Assembly (NCBI GenBank): GCA_951406725.2
Contig: OX597815.1
Coordinates: 202,120,001-202,184,000 of the forward strand
DNA length: 64,000 nucleotides
DNA from: Octopus vulgaris
Lineage: Eukaryota
Reading direction: 5' to 3'
Position numbers and translations under genes: made by a program. Below are positions 51,291 through 64,000 of this stretch, one piece after another; position 1 is the first letter of the stretch, and the number at the start of each line of letters is the position of its first letter. Under the pieces are notes generated by a model that did not search any database, was not told the origin of the DNA, and saw only the letters and a program-made list of their open reading frames with translations.

Positions 51291-53201
51291 TCTGTTCATG
51301 GCGGTTTAATAACGTTGCTGAATAGATATGATACAAACATGTATGAATGTGTGTATGTGTGAGTGTGTATGTATGTATATATGTATGTATATATGTATGT
51401 GCGTGATCATGCATTTATGCATATTTATATATTTGTGTGTATATAAATCCACACAAATATATATGTACCTATAGTATATTAACAAGCGCTTCAAGCTTCT
51501 GTGCATTTAGGTGTGTATGTGTGTGTGAATCTACATTCAAGACTTTTATACTCCATTTACATTCAAATATATTTCTATTGTGTATGAATGCATTATGTGT
51601 TTGCCTTAATTATATTAGCAAATACCTGCACTAAAGGTTAAAAATTTAAAGATTTGCACTAAAAGTTAAACATTTGTCTATTTGTAAGTATTAGGTTTCT
51701 CAAAATTTTTGTCATTTGATATTTGTGAGGTATTGTAACAAGTGTAATAAGATTGATAATAAAGTGCTTATGTAAGCTTGAATCACATTTTATGTAACTT
51801 TATATAACAATCACGTGTAATAAAATTTAGCTGAAAATAATACTATAGAACAATAATTCTTTTCATATAATTTATTAGACAGCATACATCATAAATATCG
51901 TTACGACACATTGCAGAAATCTATTTCTAAAAATCCGAGATCTACAACTAATAACGTTGTCACTTAGCTTTATTTCGTTACATTCAATATTGCCCAACAG
52001 AAATGTTGAGACTAAAGCCGATAAAACTGTTAATGTTGTTCTAATAGTTATTCATTTTAAGTGAAAAGGTATATTTAATATAACTCCATTGTGAAAAGAA
52101 ATACCTCTTTAATCATACAGAAAGAAATCATTAATATTATGTAAAAATATGTTTACAAGGAAATACATCGATCTAATACTGTGGAAATATATTATTACCA
52201 GTATAAATGTGCGTCAGAATGTTTTTATTTGGTTTTCTTTTATTAAAACCTGCTGTATCTGTAATATCGCAAATACAAGATCAAAAACTTCCAGATTAAA
52301 ATGCATTTCACTAGGAACATTTTCCCTATTACTTCTGCTATCCTACAATCCAATTAGAGCTTGATGCATATGAGATTTGGAAGTTTCCCAAAAGCCTAAA
52401 AGGAATAGCTTGTTAGCCAAATCAGATATCAAAGAAACCATTCCATATCCGAGGTAAAATCTTGATAAAAGAAACTGTATTCTAGTTCTGGAAGTTTACT
52501 TAATCAAATTATAAACTTAGATTAGGTTTTCTAATATTTCTCCCTTGATACTTTACTCAATATTATTTGCTTGAATTCCTTAGTAATTTTATTGCTGTCT
52601 GTCTTGATTTTTCCCATTCGATTCTACGATGCTATATATTTTGTCTTTCATTAATATCCAGAAATGTGTTCGATAGGAATATACATATATGCTATATACA
52701 TATGTCACATATGTTCTACGTATTTTATCGTCATAAAAATAAGATCAAAATATATTTTATGCTCAAGAAATCTATATTTGATTAATATTATTCGTAAAAC
52801 TATTACTGAAACCAAGTAGACACAGAGCTATGACTAGTTTGAAGCAATCTATAAATATTCAGACATAGAGTATTTTAACTTAACACCAAAACATACTTGT
52901 CTATATAGTTCACATTTGCTAAGTTACCTATGTATATCTACTTTTACAAAATAATTAAATTGAAATTATTTCTAGCGTATCAATTTATTCTTTGCGTGTA
53001 TTCAGTTTCTTAGAATAAATAATGAGGCAAGGAAATAACAGCTGTATTTCTTGGGAATTGAAAGCATAATTCCGTTTCCTTGGATTACAAGATAAATTGA
53101 GTACTTTTGTTTGTCTTATATATAGATTTATCATCTCGTATACAGAGTGTAAACGAATTTCATTAAGCTTATTGCAAATTCGTTGAAACTGAATTCCTAA
53201 G

Positions 53202-53206
53202 ATATA

Positions 53207-53286
<80 letters not shown>

Positions 53287-53307
53287 TGTATGTATGTATG
53301 TATGTAT
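53202..53307. repeat. (TA)n(TATG)n microsatellite
   Basis: Seen directly in the sequence. Confidence 0.95.
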
Positions 53308-55227
53308 GACTTTTCAGCACTGAATCTTTATTTTATTTCCTGCTGTGTACCATTGTGCCTACGAAAGAAATTATTTCTTGTTGCAGTTCTCTTGTAGAAA
53401 TATGTCATCTACTGTTTTCTGTCCACTACTGTTTTTCAGTCTCATGACAAACATGTATATCACCGTTCATTGATGGAGATAGCAGCATCTTAAAAAATAT
53501 TGCAAGCTCTACAAAGCAAGCATCAATAGGCATTGCCATTTTTTTCTTTTTCAATCGATAATGTTCAGCAAATTTGCATATGCTTCTCTTTGACCCTATT
53601 TACATATACATTTTTTTTCTGTAATAAAATAAAATTATGATTTGAAAATTTGATAATATAAACTATGAAGATTACAAAATATATTCTGATATATCTGAAT
53701 ACAATTGAAACTCATATGTCCTAAACATACCACTCAAAATCGAATAGGTTCATGAACCACTAACATACATGTGAGGCACCATTGTTTTATATCTGTTCAC
53801 TATCATGAGTCTTATGTCTTACTTGTAAAAGATACTGGAAAATTAAATATTCCAATTTTTATGTTTTTGTCAATTTCAAGTAACAATTGAAAGACGAAAA
53901 CATACAATAGTATTTTGATTAATTTTGCATAAGATATACGTTGTTTTGCATTATATTCTTCTTGAACATTTTCCAGTAGGAAACAATTATATTTTCTAAT
54001 ATTAAATAATGCATCGGAGTAATCATACAAATAATCTTTTCGCTGAAATAAAATTTTTATTCACGTTTTCAAGAAACTCTACGATTACAAAACATGTACA
54101 ATGCTCGAGGGAATTATGAAGTGGTATTTAAAAGGAGAATACAATTTTCCGCTCATTTATTTTAATAGCTATAACTTAATGTTGCTTTTGTATTCGTTTT
54201 TTTATTTATATTCTGTAAATGAGAAAATATAAATATCAGCATAAAATACAAAATATAAATAATAAGCAATGCAATGAGGAAAAAAAATTCATTCAAATTT
54301 TCAATTAATACTTTTTCATCCTATTTTTCTATCTCATTGAAAATCTTTTTGTTTATTTCAGAACACGGAAGTCAACTTAATGGGGCCTAAGACAGAAATG
54401 AAGATATCTAAAAACTTTAGGCAGTTTCTTTTCAATGACATTCATTTGATCTCCATTGTTGTTTGATGTATCTGCAACGCTGCTGATGACTAACAATATA
54501 TAATCAGCGTATTCTTTATTCTTCTCTTTCACTAGTTACAACATAATCACAATACGTTATTAATGATAATATTCATAATTATAATGATAATAGAGAAAAA
54601 AAATCCAAAACCCAAAAAAAACTGGCAAAATATAATTTCGTAGTAGCTAAAAAGGCAAAATTGTTGGTGGTGGCATGATGACTGATATAATCATCTTAGC
54701 AACAACATAAGTACGAGTGCTTCTGCGTTAAAAAAGAGAAAATGACTATCTACGACAACACAGCGAGACATTTCTTTACGCAGTGAGAGGTCTACTACCA
54801 ATAATAGTTAAATCTCCCAATAATAAAAGAGGCTTTAAGGAGGGAATGATTTTGATTATGCGTCTCCAATGTCAGGACATAAATGTGGTTAAAGAAAAAA
54901 GAAGCCCCTGCTTGTATACCTAGGGTACTATTTCAAGTTTTTGACCCTGATTCGTGTCACAATATGGCTTTCACTTAGTTTCATTATACATGGTATGGAG
55001 ACCTAGTAAATACGCTATTTTTTTGTTTTTACTAATGTGGCTTGTTTGAAAAATCAGGAAATCTAAAAGCATAGCACTTTTGCTCGGTATATTCGCCTAG
55101 CGTGCATTTTTAATATATAGATTTAATAACTATATTATACAGAAAGTATAACAATTTCTACAGTGATACAGTTGAATGATATTTGAAAAAAAAATTATAA
55201 ATATAGTAATATTAGCATATACGTGAG

Positions 55228-55350
55228 TTCACATACTATTGAGATCGACTTTGCATTTTATCCTTTCGGGATCTATAAAATAAGAACCAGTTGGGGTCGA
55301 TATATCCGACGCCGAAACTGAGGGCCTTGTGCCAAAATTTGAAGCCAATA
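55228..55350 (+). mobile_element. SINE family B' fragment
   Basis: TCGACTTTGCATTTTATCCTTTCGGGATCTATAAAATAAG...GGCCTTGTGCCAAAATTTGAAGCCAATAT. Confidence 0.75.
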
Positions 55351-55523
55351 TTAACATATACTCAAAGTATTTTAACAAGTTTGATCCCAGCACGCATATT
55401 CTTGCTTCTTTAAAAGAATTCAAATGATTATCACCATCAGACAGAATAATTGAATTATAAGTTCTGAGTGGGTCTTCTTTAATATTTAAGAGAAATGCTC
55501 TGCATTGGAAGATTCTTAGTTTA

Positions 55524-55838
55524 CAGAATTAGCATTCGTATAGAATTTCTTTATTTAAAAGGGAAGCCAAAACAGTTTTTTTTTCTTTATTAATTTGGAT
55601 GCCAAATATATATATAAAAGAAAAAAAGAAAAGACACAGCACTCCATTCATTGCTTCGAAGAACTAGAAACATTTCAACAAATATAAACAAATATAAACA
55701 TATTCAACAAATATAAACGCAGTTTTATGAGACGTTTTCTTCTTTTCCTTTTTGTCTGAAATTCGTCACCTCTGAATGCAAATTATTGGAATAACCAAAT
55801 TTGCCATACAATTATTGTATCCCCATTGCGTAATGGGA

Positions 55839-55896
<58 letters not shown>

Positions 55897-56201
55897 ACTA
55901 TACTATACTATCTTATTTAAACTAGTCGTATTTATAGATACTTTGCAGTTTATAGTATATGCCTTTCTCTTTAAATGTTAGTAACATTTGAACATGCTTA
56001 ATGCTGTTTATATTTCATTGAAATCAAACTTCATTTTTGCACACGAGATTTTCATATCTAGACATGAAATATATAATTGCCATGTGAGTAATCACAGGCG
56101 TTCTGAGATTGATAACAATTTGGCATCCAAATTAATAAAGAAAAAAAAATTGTTTTGGCTTCCCTTTTAAATAAAGAAATTCTATACGAATGCTAATTCT
56201 G
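55524..56201. mobile_element. MITE with ~84-bp near-perfect TIRs, TA-flanked (Tc1/mariner-type ends)
   Basis: TA|CAGAATTAGCATTCGTATAGAATTTC...GGATGCCAAAT (to 55607) and ATTTGGCATCC...GAATGCTAATTCTG|TA (from 56118). Confidence 0.85.
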
Positions 56202-56352
56202 TAAATATATATATATATATATATATGAATGCACACATTAGGAACAGAAAGAACGACCAATCTCCAAATTTTGGTCAAAATTTTTCAGAGAGACAGTATC
56301 ACAAAGAACCTATATTATTGCTGAAGTAATGCTATCTGGAAATAGCTATAAG

Positions 56353-56437
<85 letters not shown>

Positions 56438-56488
56438 CATCTATCTATCTATCTACCTATCTATCTATCTATCTATCTATCTATTCAT

Positions 56489-56550
<62 letters not shown>
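56353..56550. repeat. (CTAT)n(TA)n microsatellite
   Basis: Seen directly in the sequence. Confidence 0.95.
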
Positions 56551-56554
<4 letters not shown>

Positions 56555-56599
56555 TTCATTTTACTAATGGCTTACTTCGGAAGCAACTTTCTGATATAG

Positions 56600-57606
56600 A
56601 GAACCATATAATCTTTTAGATAAAACTAGTTTAATGCATAATTTAGTGTATATGCTTATTTGACCCTTAGAGTCGACAATATTTTCGATGTAAATCTTCA
56701 TATATAATCTTGACAGTAATGGATCCATGTCTACTGAGAAAGTCACATAAGTATATTTAACGAATATTTCCTGCAAATACCGATGCACATTTGAGATTTA
56801 AATAGTTTCTTATCACAAATATTAACTTCGCTGCCCTGTTTCATTTACATGTAGCCATGATTAATCGTCATGAAAAACAATATTAAATTGAATGGGCATG
56901 AGATTGAATTTTAATGTAAGTTACTTTTAATTACATGTAAATAAAACGAGTTCTATCATTGGTTAAGATTGCGCATTTGTAACAGAAATCATGGTAATAA
57001 GGGTAAATAATTGAAAGGTCGTGAAAATGGGAGGCTAACAGCGGGGGCTATAAGCAGACATTTCTTTCATTTTCCTAATTAATTCTTTCCTAAGCCTGTC
57101 TAGAGTGTGCCAGTTGGATCCTCTAGAGATGGTCAGGGCGTCAACTTTGTAGATACCAAAAGGACAAGTGGAATTTCTTTTTAAGGGTATCGAGGATATA
57201 CAGCCCGATGATGTCGCATATATCAGCGCTGGCATTGGCTACAATCGCTACGCCCAAACAACACACGGGATCGGATTGACACAGGTCATACTTGACCCAG
57301 GTCGAACAGCACTGTTTTCCTGGCATGCACAATAACATATATGTCCCTGTCGTTAATGTTAGGGAAGCACCTAGTAAAGGAAAGTGCCTTGACCATTAAC
57401 CCTTTCGATATAGAAGCGTACAAATCGGCAATCTTTAATTGGGAGAACCTTGCTATGCCTCTCCCCTTGTTGGTATTAAGCCATACATTAACCTCGTTGT
57501 TGATGCCCTCGGTATATGTTTGAGTTTCAGACTGATCTTGTATTTGACCGGGTTGATCAGGCGGCATTTGGGATTCGAGGCAAAGTTCGGTTTATGGTCA
57601 TTTATG
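56600..57606 (-). pseudogene. Penelope-like element RT with a probable C-terminal GIY-YIG remnant
   Basis: DHKPNFASNPKCRLINP; LKIADLYASISKGL (resembling FDIxDFYPSIS); IVHARKTVLF; ASADICDIIGLYIL (resembling GAEVCELVGLYIL); GIYKVDAL (resembling GLYRDDGL); downstream IYIENIVDSKGQISIYTKLC..KRLYG. Confidence 0.8.
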
Positions 57607-57607
57607 A

Positions 57608-57833
57608 TATATTTCTTTGCTGCCCACAAGGGGCTAAACATAGAGGGGACAAACAAGGAGAGACAAAGGGATTAATTCGATTACATCGACCCCGGTGCAA
57701 AACTGGTACTTTATTTATCTACCCCGAAAGGATGAAAGGTAAAGTTGACACCAGCGGAATTTGAACTCAGAACGTAACGACAGACGAATTACCGCTAAGC
57801 ATTTCGCCTGGCGCGCTAACGTGTCTGCCAGCT
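57608..57833 (-). mobile_element. SINE family B inserted at the 5' side of the PLE RT remnant
   Basis: TATTTCTTTGCTGCCCACAAGGGGCTAAAC...GTCTGCCAGCTC. Confidence 0.9.
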
Positions 57834-57907
57834 CCAGTGTCTAGTTTGATTTTACAGTTGATGTTGTTGTATGTGTGGGTCCGCTATGATATTATGAGTG
57901 TGGTTCC

Positions 57908-58670
57908 AAAAAGCATTGAATAAGGCAAGTCTCCATCTTTGAAGTTCTCAGCAATAAGATCTTAGATGTAAGCTTTTCTCTACCCTAATGACAGAGGCTC
58001 GTCTTATCCAATATTAACTGCGTCCATACGGCCTATAGCTCTGTGTAGTATTATTTTCTAACAACATTCTCATAAGTGTGAGTTTCCATCCTATATAGAT
58101 ATCAAGTGCGGACGTGTCTGCACAGAATCTGATGTTCTCGTGTAATTGTTTGGGTGTGCAAATTAGATCGGGTGCGGCAGAATGATAAAATGATCTGACA
58201 CGTATGTTTAATAAAAGTAAAATAGAGTAAAGAACGAAAATGCGTTTTTCTTTTCGAAATGTACATACAATGCCATTTTGCTTCAATTGGTGCCATTTGT
58301 GACGCTTGATTTCAATTCCTTTTCAGTTACCAACAGGGATTGGACGGGAAAGCATTGGTGACATCGGTTGGCCCGCTCTATTTTGAACCCGTACGATTTT
58401 TTTCTGTAGGTATACCTGACATCAAAGTTATACATTAATCGCCCTCGATGTATTGAACAACTAAATGATGCCATTCGTCAAAGAAATGCTACTATCCAAC
58501 ATGAAATTACTTTCGTGAACGCCTACGAGAGTTTGACTGATATTTAATTTTTAAACCTAAACGAAAAAATCCTATTATATGTACATTTCGAATATAAAAA
58601 TACATCTTCCATTTTTTGACTCCATTCTTCATTTATTAACAAATATGTCAGATCATTTTGCCGCACACTG

Positions 58671-58740
<70 letters not shown>

Positions 58741-59228
58741 CATGTTTGTATATAGGGGGAGAGAGATAGAGAGGGAGAAAGAGGTAATTAGGCGGATAAG
58801 CAACTTAGATACATCAGATATATTAAATATATCACATATATAATGTATATCAATTTGGATACGAAATACCATATAGAGAGAAATACCATGCAAAACGAGA
58901 GAAAGCAAAAGGTGGAGACTTTCGGATGATGAGTTTTTAAGTATAAGAATATAGATGTTTATGTTAATAGGTCCAACTTACACAGAGCACAAACGACAGA
59001 GAAAATTAAAGGGGTGGAAGGAAGGTGCTATAAGTCCAATTGCTGTTTCTGGGTGCTCGATGATCTATAATAATGTTGATAGATTTAGTTTATAACAATA
59101 TGCAGCCGTATGGACGCAGTTAATATTGGATAAGACGAGGTTCTGTCATTAAGGTAGAGAAGAGCTTACATCTAAGATCTTAATACAGAGAACTTCAAAG
59201 GTGGAGACTTGTTATATTCAATGTATTT
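57908..59228. repeat. ~125-bp inverted repeat pair (57908-58032 / 59105-59228) about 1.07 kb apart
   Basis: ...TAAGATCTTAGATGTAAGC...CTCGTCTTATCCAATATTAACTGCGTCCATACGGC and its reverse complement. Confidence 0.85.
58169..58670 (+). mobile_element. Internally deleted Tc1/mariner-superfamily element with ~95-bp TIRs
   Basis: TIRs CGGGTGCGGCAG..AAATGATCTGACA...TTCGAAATGTACATA / TATGTACATTTCGAA...TGTCAGATCATTTTGCCGCACACTG|TA; internal GDIGWPA..LNPYDFFL*VYLTSKLYINRPRCIEQLNDAIRQ (WPxxSPDLNPxDFFLWGYLK motif). Confidence 0.85.
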
Positions 59229-59369
59229 TGTAAGGTGGTATGATTTTTATTGTCGAAAATTATTTTTAACCATCTTATAAAGAAAAATTTAAATAATTAA
59301 CTATTAAACGCGAATTCAGTTCTGTTTTTAACATGCTGATATATACATATATTTATGCATGCATACAAA

Positions 59370-59880
59370 CATGGTAGATATCACCATTATCATAAACCGT
59401 CCAAACAAGTCGGTAATATGTTACCTTCCAAGGAGACAAGGCTTTTTTCTTCAAGCAGTCAACAACACTACACAAAGAAAGATCTGTCCTGGTGGCCGTA
59501 TCAGATGCAAAACAGAAAAAAAGTAGATTTATGCAGCTTTAAGATCTAAAGAATAATTGTGGAGCATTTGAATTAAAGAAACTAGCCACTGTAAAGTCTA
59601 TAAGTAATATATTCTTCTATGTGATAGGAAAAAGAACATATAGCGTTGAAGAGCTCAGCTACACGGCAGATGTGAATGTCACGTGAGAAATTTTACATCC
59701 AAATACATAGATTTTCACCTGTACCAATTATCATAGTTTTGTAGCTACACCTTGTTAAGTAACATCAGCGTTGAATAAAAGTATAGAAATGCTAGAGGCT
59801 ACGAAGAAAAAAACTAGCAAACTGATTTACATTCTCCGAGTACAATCGGATAAACCCGTAAAACATTCCCGAGATCCTTT
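59370..59880 (+). pseudogene. Third, heavily decayed copy of the REL retroelement family
   Basis: DITIIINRPNKSVICYLPRRQ (compare DITHIISSCLKMSSQYYMPMRH), PVPIII, KLIYILRVQS (compare KLIRxLQIQS). Confidence 0.5.
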
Positions 59881-59950
59881 ATTTCGGGTCCGGGGACTAA
59901 ACACATGAATCCAGTGACATGAACCTATGGCATACACGCACTGAGACTCA

Positions 59951-60035
59951 TAGTCTAATGAATATAAAGACTAATGAAGATTGTCTAATACATATGAACA
60001 CTAATGAAGATAGTCTAATACATATAAACACTAAT
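59951..60035. repeat. ~30-bp tandem repeat, about 3 copies
   Basis: T(A/T)GTCTAAT..ATAT.AA.ACTAATGAAGA repeated. Confidence 0.8.
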
Positions 60036-62714
60036 ATAGCACATGCACTCATGTGCTAAACTGACTCGGACTACTGCTACATTAATGCAGTTTTTTACAA
60101 ATAGAGTTATGTAAATAGTCTCAAACAGAAAAACAAACCTCAAAAGGTTTCATGACAAAGAGAGTTTTTCGGGGTTTCTTTTACGTTAATTAGTAAATAT
60201 TTGCATGTTTGTACATGTGTGGTAAAGGGCATTTTACTAAGAAAATATTATTTATACAAAAGGACCAAGAGCACTCCCAATTTGTAAGTGACTTGGTTGA
60301 ATTCTGCAAAGGAGAAAAGAGAAACATATCCCTGAGATAAAATCACAAACACAGCAACATAACACTTACATGTATAGACACACACACACACATATCAGTG
60401 AAGTTGTCACTCTTAGTGTTGTGTGAGACAAGGAAATAATACATAATCAGTCAACACATTTATTATATTTTCAGAATTTTACATTTTATATCCCATTATT
60501 GACATCAATCAATATGATAGACATCTTTAAATTCGAACCAAATTTGAAATGAGATTTTCACAAGTGACATAGAAGAGAATCATTTGTTTATTGTTATTCA
60601 AAACTGACTTTAATTCTTAATAAGATACTTCGCCTTGTCAATATTCGTTTGTTAAACATTTTCTGGCAACTAATTCTTTAGTTCCTTATTTTAGTTGGAA
60701 CTGACGAAAATATAATCAATAAGCCATTAATACTATCAACTCACTTCACCCTACAATGTTTGCAAAATGCCGACAGGACATAACAAATTTAATCATTATA
60801 GATAATAGAAAAATCGATATTTGAGCATAGCAGTTTAACAATTATCAAAAACTCTGGCCAACGTTAGTGATATAATATATACAGCAGTAATATCTAGTAC
60901 TGCAACTTTTACAAACTAAGTGGCTATTTATACGAATAATAATACTTGTAAGCATAGAACATATTTAGTTGTTGTAAATCAAGCATATTTGAAAATGTTT
61001 CTGTAAATATATCAGTTAAACTTTTCCAGGTACGGAGTTCATGGTATACGTTTTTGTAAGTAAATTTTAGTTCAATCTTCTAACTAGCATTATACGCGTT
61101 TTGAATTTTCTAAAAACTTAATATACGCAATATATTAAATCCTATTAACGTCTACAACACACAATGCTAGAAACACATTTTAATATCCCAAAAACCTTAT
61201 TGCATTTATGCGCGACGAAAATTTACATAGGTTTCTAAGTTCACATTATTTCACTGAAGCAGACTTTGCGGTAAAAATTTCATTCTATTCACTATAAATT
61301 TTGATAGTTACGTACTCTGGGAATCTCATGATAAATAAGCAATATAACTGCAGGAAATAGCCATTGCATCTAATTGGTTTATGTATTGTACTAAACTTTA
61401 AATCTCATTACACATATTATACTGAATCGCATGCCATTGTACATTGAACTGACACCATTTTACTTGAAACCCCCGGAATAATGGAAAGAAATCAATATAA
61501 GAAACATTTGATAACTATACGTCATTTTATTTAACCTAATACTGAAATGAACTTCATCTGTCCACTAATATCTGTCTCATATACTAATCATGATGAATTT
61601 AAATATATTTTTATATACAGCCTTTTAAATTCTATTAACGAAACGAAACATTCATCTTTATCCATATTATACCTTATAGTATGGCATGTATGTTTTATGT
61701 TTCATACTATTTCTTACCATAGTTTTACGTTTCTGTCCTACAATATGCGGACGTTTACCATCGTCAAACATTCGAAATACTACAGAAGGTAAAATAATTA
61801 TAATGTAATCTAATTATTATTAATTTAATTTTGAACATAAGATTTACCTCATATATCCTCTACTTTTCATTTTTGCAGCATTTTTTATTTAGATTATCAT
61901 TCAACTAAGGTAGTAGTTGAATAATATTCTTAAGGTCACAGTAATAATCACAGGCAGCATCTTTCAGAGCTTGTCACTAATTCAGTTCTTAACCATATTG
62001 AAAATACTGTTAACATTTTTGAAGAGGACTACATTTTGCTACATTTTGGCATAAAACAAATTGAGATTTGGTCCAGTAGAAAAAAAGTTTACATGAACAT
62101 TTGTAGCAACGTTATAAGAGTGTAAGTAACGCCTCCAATGGCGATTAGATCTAAATAAAAAACTTTTAAAAAGAAAAGTATATTTAACTTAGCTTTAATG
62201 ATACAAGAAATCATGAAGAATTTCATAGTTTCGGTCCCATGTAACAAACCTTTGTATCAAAAAGTGGTGAGGTAAAATATTATGAAAAAATATAAGGCAA
62301 AAAAATTGGTTTTAGTATCAATAACTTCCTCATTTCAAAAACAAACTATATTTTAATTAAGCTTAAATGATAGAACTCAATTCAAGGTATTTCATGGTAT
62401 CAGTCTCATGCAATGAAGCTTTAAAAGAAAAGAAATTATGAGTATTTGTTTCTCAAATTTGAGGATGAGAATATAGTTGTATACTGTTTTATGAGTATTG
62501 TTCTATAAGGGGACTTATGTCAACGGCATCATTCCGGTAAGAAAAAATTAACAATGACACCGATAATGACACATTCGACGCATTATTAATTAGCATTATA
62601 TGTTAGCCTGGAAAAAAGACCCCTACTATACTGTGTAATCAATAAAATCAAAAACAAACAATGCCATGAGTGAAATTATAAGTATAAAATGGCGACAACT
62701 TACACGTCGCATAC

Positions 62715-62722
62715 TGTGTGTG

Positions 62723-62770
<48 letters not shown>

Positions 62771-62846
62771 TATATGTGTGTGTGTTTGTGTATGTATAAT
62801 ATATATATACATACATACATACACTCACACACACTCACACACATAC
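62715..62846. repeat. (TA)n/(TG)n/(CA)n compound microsatellite
   Basis: Seen directly in the sequence. Confidence 0.9.
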
Positions 62847-64000
62847 AATAGTATTGAATGTTCTACAGATCGAGGTGCAGTAGATTTCCATTTTTTATAT
62901 TACTATTCGTGTGCCTGATCACGTGGCCAAGTTGATGAAAGAAGATGTTTTTAGATTTTCCCTTGATTCATGTTCTAAGGAAAGAAAATGCGTTTTTGCG
63001 AACTTCACAAAAAGTTAGTAATATCAGTAGATTAGTCATATCAGTAGGCGCAATAAAAGCTCGTGATAAAATGTTTTACTTTAAATTTTGTTTGATTGAT
63101 TTTATGCGCGGAACGTTTGCTTTTAATAAGCATTGGTATCTTAAGGTTCTTTTTATCCTTATAGTGATTGCTGAAATGCTCCTATTAGATTATTTGAATA
63201 CACAAGATTAATAGTTTAATCCAGGAATCCAAATAAGTGTTAAGTATTAAATGTTAGCGCATGAATACAATAACACGGAATAAGCGTGTTATAAGAGTTA
63301 CGCACATCACAGCGATTCAATTTTATCGAGCATCAATATCACATAACATGAACGGATTACTGAATTCATAACACACAGCATAATCGGATGTCTCAAAAAC
63401 GAACTGTCTCTGTAAAGGATATACATCTTTAGTTGCTTTCTTTCTTTTTAAGAACATGACAGCAATTGCAAAGAAGAGCCATTTGCAAGCAGACTGATAA
63501 AATATCATCCTCTTAGCTATAAATTATCTTAAAAGACAGCTCTAATGATTACCTGAATATTTACTATTATCAAGTCTTCTATTTTGATTAGAAAGGATTA
63601 TTTTTCATATTCTTGGAGTTCCATTTCGTCACATGATTTTATCATAGCCAAAAGCTGCTCGACGGTTTTACAAATTATGAATGGAATCTTTTTCATTGTT
63701 ATTGCTCTGAAAGTATTTCTTTTTATTATTTCGTCGTACATTCTAAAACGTGCTTTGTAAGACAGAACATATTTTGTATTGGTATTTTGCTGTGGATCAG
63801 TCATTCCCAAACAAACATGACCCAGTAAACCTATGTTGAAGACCCTTCTAGCTGTAACCATCTATTTCTCAATTGTTGATTATGTAGCCTACGCTCAGAG
63901 CTACATGTAGAGTCTCTTGTCATTACAAATGTTATACACAATTGTATGACAAAGTTGTACACAATTTACGGACTGATGAATCTTATTTAACAAATATTAC

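Noticed and set aside
54340-54420. Strong-looking splice acceptor (TTTTGTTTATTTCAG); also a donor-like AGGTAAGA near 1272
   Set aside because: No matching partner site or recognisable reading frame; such motifs are common in AT-rich DNA.

Overview
This is an AT-rich, repeat-dense eukaryotic window. The SINE families and the (TA)n/(TAGA)n/(TAA)n load point to an octopod cephalopod genome (inference); the region is intronic or intergenic. I can support no intact host gene, rRNA, tRNA or CRISPR array, and nearly all listed ORFs are microsatellite or SINE read-throughs. Contents: more than 25 tRNA-derived SINE copies from several head/tail-shuffled families; three Tc1/mariner relics; several MITE or foldback elements; a (TAA)n microsatellite carrying a stack of R4/Dong-type REL-endonuclease retroelements; and further REL, RTE and Penelope-like (PLE) fragments. 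The standout is a ~500-bp non-coding imperfect palindrome (36749-37249) that would fold into an unbranched rod. It carries minimal type-I hammerhead ribozyme motifs in both polarities, facing each other, and has related fragments at 10446-10655 (hammerhead with intact core) and 35850-36025. It is a candidate viroid-like or retrozyme-like element; an inverted PLE pseudo-LTR is the main alternative. All alignments and translations were done by eye.
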